Source of the DNA: Podarcis erhardii | Taxonomy: Eukaryota | Length of the DNA: 64,000 nucleotides | Reading direction: 5' to 3' (one strand) | Assembly: GCA_964252035.1 (NCBI GenBank) | Contig: OZ176216.1 | Made by a program: the position numbers and the translations under genes | Shown here: one piece after another, positions 60,591-64,000 of the stretch | Numbering within the stretch: the first letter of the stretch is position 1 | Layout: every line of letters starts with the position of its first letter | Notes under the pieces: model-generated | What the model was told of the DNA's origin: nothing | Databases searched by the model: none | The model's input: the letters and a program-made list of their open reading frames with translations, nothing else

Positions 60591-63500
60591 TGATGCTGGA
60601 CTAGGTGGGCCATTGGTCTGATCCAGCAGGCTCTTCTCTTGTTTTCTTCTGGGTCCCTGCACAATATGACCACCTCTTACAATTTTGGAGCTTGGGGTGG
60701 TTGGTATAAGGATCGACAACCTGTTATTTGCCTACCTCCCAAGTCATGTTGGACTTTATGCCGCAAGGACTCATCCAATTAACTTTCCCTGACTCAGTTT
60801 CCTCCAGGTGTACCAAATCTCCTATCAGTCCCAGACAGCACCTTCATTTGTTTGAGTTTTTGCTGGAACAGACTTAACACTCTCAGGAAATCTATTTCTT
60901 CCCAAAGTAGCTGCTCTTTTAGCAGTAATGAAATCTCCTCAAATGTCCCTTCCTGGAGTGCTAAGTAAACTGTCTCCATTTAGGGTGTCGATAGCAGGAC
61001 AGCATCCTCCTTGTTCGTCTAGAAGCCCTTAACAGATTGTGGTTGGCTGACAAGCCACTGATTCCGATTCCCAATGAAAGCTGTCAATAGACGTGTCAAT
61101 AAGATGCAGGGGCTATTGACTAGCATAGGCATTTGGGGTCACTGGTCGATGGGAGCTCTCAGCGCGTGATGTTGGAAATGAGCACTTTCAAATACAAGCA
61201 GCAAAGTGAGACTCCCCAAGGAAGAATAATATGACTCAATTTTCTTCCATGTTCTGGCTTTGTCAATTTCCCTGCAGCTGGAAGAGGAGAAGGAGAGACT
61301 TTGAATTCAGAGCGCTAACCTCTAAACATCTTGGGGGCAGATAAACAACCAGCCACAATTAAACCACACATGAATACCCGACATGCTGCCTATGGGGAGG
61401 AAAGAGGACAAGCACAGGAGCTGTTCTCTGTCAGACATACTGTGATGTCTCAGGAGACACACCCTTTCACCACAAGGACATTTAAGGCAAGCTGCTTGGC
61501 ATCAGGTTCTGGGCTGAGAATTTCTGACCACCCGGAAATGGGAGATGCGTTGAATTGGGAGTGGGGAGTCAATGGGTCAAATTTCTTTGGGGCAGGTTGA
61601 AAGGTCAAAGAGTTGAGGCCAGAAATGAGGCAAGAAGTTGATTCTGAGTAGAAATGTGTGGCAGGGAGTATGACATTTTCTACAGAGTTAAGGACCGATC
61701 AACACTTGCTGGGAGTCATTTGGCCATGAATTTGTATATCCATAAAAAGTGAAGAATACAAGTTGCGAATGCACCTTGAACACAGACTAGAACTTTAGCC
61801 TTATTTCCAATATTTATTTATTTTTACCTTGGGGAAAAGCAATGGGGGAAATTAAATTTTGTTCGCTTTTAAAGTCAAATCTATCTAATTGTCACTTTCT
61901 GAAACTATCTGCAAACTGAAACCCTGGCATCCTTTAAAATTCACACTTCTCCAAATTTGCAATGCAGGTCTCCAGCCAAGTAACCTGTACAAAATTGCAT
62001 ATGCTAGGATAAAGTGTGCATAAAATGTATATGTTAGGGACAATAACATACAGAAATACATTAAATTAGGGGGAAATGCTTTGCAAAAATGCAGTTTTAA
62101 ACAAAAACTCTCTCAAAAAATATGCATTTTAATTAAATGCACTTTGATACTGCATTGGAACATTCAGGACGTGTGAAAGCCAGAGGGTAATTAAATTCTG
62201 ATCTGCTTATTAAACTGAGTTGTATGGAACAGGTCAGTCCATATCAAAATTCACAAAGATCAAGTTCCTCAAGTATCTGTAGACACGTGTAAAAACAGCA
62301 CACACTACCCCTTGCAATCAGCAGCTATGGAGACATTGAGAAGCTCTAATAGTGGGTGTCAAGCTTAGGTGATGAAGCTTTGCCCAAGCTTAGGGATTCT
62401 TTGCCCTTCCAAGTATGATCACTAGATCTTATAGATAATAACTGGTGGCATTTGGAGGGAAAAGTCATTCCCTAATAGCTGATGAAGCTCATAGAACTGA
62501 AATCCTGAACATGAGTAAGCAGCTCAACTAAGGCTGATAAAAAGAGAATAACAGGCTATTGGCGAAGACTCTGGGGGAGAGCTTCCATGGGGATAACAAC
62601 TTTTTACTGCTAGTGGTGGGTTTGCCAATGTTAGCACTATCAGTGCTATGAAACAGCAAGAAGTCCAAAGCTTTGCTTGTCAGCAAAAACCTTGTTTATT
62701 CAAAGGGCCACTCCACATTATGGTTTAAAAAAACCAAAAACCTGTGTTATCGCTCCTTGCCTCCTTGTGCTGAGGCACATTATGCTCACCCTCACTTGAG
62801 ATGGTGCTGCTACCTCTGACCCTTTCTTCTGAGATTCCTTAGACTAGTTTTATGCTGTGTTTATCTATTCATTTAATGCATTTATATCCCTTTTCCTACC
62901 AGGAGCTCAAGATGCCTGGTCCACACTTGTTTGCTGTTATTGTCAGCAACAGTGAAATTGCTTTGATGCATTTTTATTTTTATTTTTTTAAAATAGAGAG
63001 GGTTCCATCCTTTCATCCTGGCCAAGAGAACGCAGCCAATCAGGGATCATCAAAGAAGCTTGATGATGTCACACAGCACCATATAACCAGTTAGATTTGG
63101 CAGTATAGTGCCTACTCAAAGCCAAGTCAGAGTGAGAGCAATGCTTCCTAGAATTTGCTCCGAATTGGAAAACATTTTTGCCCAATTTTGAACTGCTACC
63201 AAAATGGGGAGGGGGTTCATTAAGGGGTGATTTAGTGTGTGTGAACTGCACCCCTCCCTGTTTTGACTCAGTCCAACATTTGCCTTATGAAAAATTCAGT
63301 GAAACTCAAAAATCCTGCAGGCTAACATCAATAACATAAGCTGGCCCAATCCTGGGAGTATCTTCAATCCTTTGATTCCTTGGTGCTCATGTGTGATTCC
63401 ACAGATCTGATCTGTAAATGTCAAAGACTGTGTGTGAAAATGAATAAAGTTCTGTCTGACTTTAGGCCAAGAGTAGGGAACCCTTTTCATCCAGAAGACC

Positions 63501-64000
63501 CTATTTCCTCATGGCCAGCCCTGAGGAGAGATGCATACCGATGACGGACAAGAAAAGAGACCCAAAGTGGATAGAGCAAAAGATGTGATCTTATGCTTTC
63601 ACAGCCATGCTTTAATTGCAGCCATGCATAAACCAGAGATTTCTACAAACACCACCTCTCTTTTATTTTGGCAAGAGTTTAAGGGCATATGCCTGAGTAG
63701 GGTGTGGCCTGGGAGAGGCCAGATACAAAGTCCTGGAGGGCTGCTTCCAGCATCCCAGCCTGAGGTTCCTTGCTTCTGTTTTGGGGTCAGTTGGAGGTGA
63801 AAGTAGCTACAGTCAATGTACTAATATAAAGATGCAGGATGTCCTTGTGGGCCATGCATCCAACCACCCGCACACCCTTTGCTCAGGCTATAAACCAGTT
63901 GGTGGTGCTGTAGGGGGAGATCTCCTACTAGCAGGACTCCAGCGACGCAGCCAGTGTGAGAAACAATTTGCAAATAAATAAAAAGGATTTGCAAATATTG

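Noticed and set aside
1-64000. Prokaryotic operon, defence system or intact transposase/viral gene
   Set aside because: The repeat content is squamate-specific. No long ORF other than retroelement fragments and the unresolved 21.3-21.9 kb island was found.

Overview
Vertebrate nuclear DNA from a squamate. The Sauria SINE subfamily suggests a lacertid lizard (inference). The window is mostly intergenic or intronic and rich in transposons, with one 172-N assembly gap. I could not recognise any named protein-coding gene, rRNA, true tRNA or CRISPR array. Clear content: 9 Sauria SINEs, 2 Bov-B 3' ends, several L1, CR1 and L2 fragments, one RTEX-like LINE 3' end, tRNA-derived and MIR-like SINEs, 4 copies of a Tigger/pogo-like TA-TSD MITE, several hAT MITEs with 8-bp TSDs, a probable Gypsy solo LTR, and microsatellites. 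Several transposon-free, motif-rich blocks look like conserved enhancers. The observations most worth follow-up are: (i) two strongly diverged 750-800 bp elements with TTGCGGG...CACGCAA termini, colinear motifs and no TSD, possibly solo repeats of tyrosine-recombinase (Ngaro/DIRS-type) retroelements; (ii) a 1.16-kb ORF-less retroposon with a perfect 19-bp TSD; (iii) an unexplained 600-bp coding-like island; (iv) minus-strand exon candidates at 0.2-7.5 kb. All family names come from motif recognition, not database searches.
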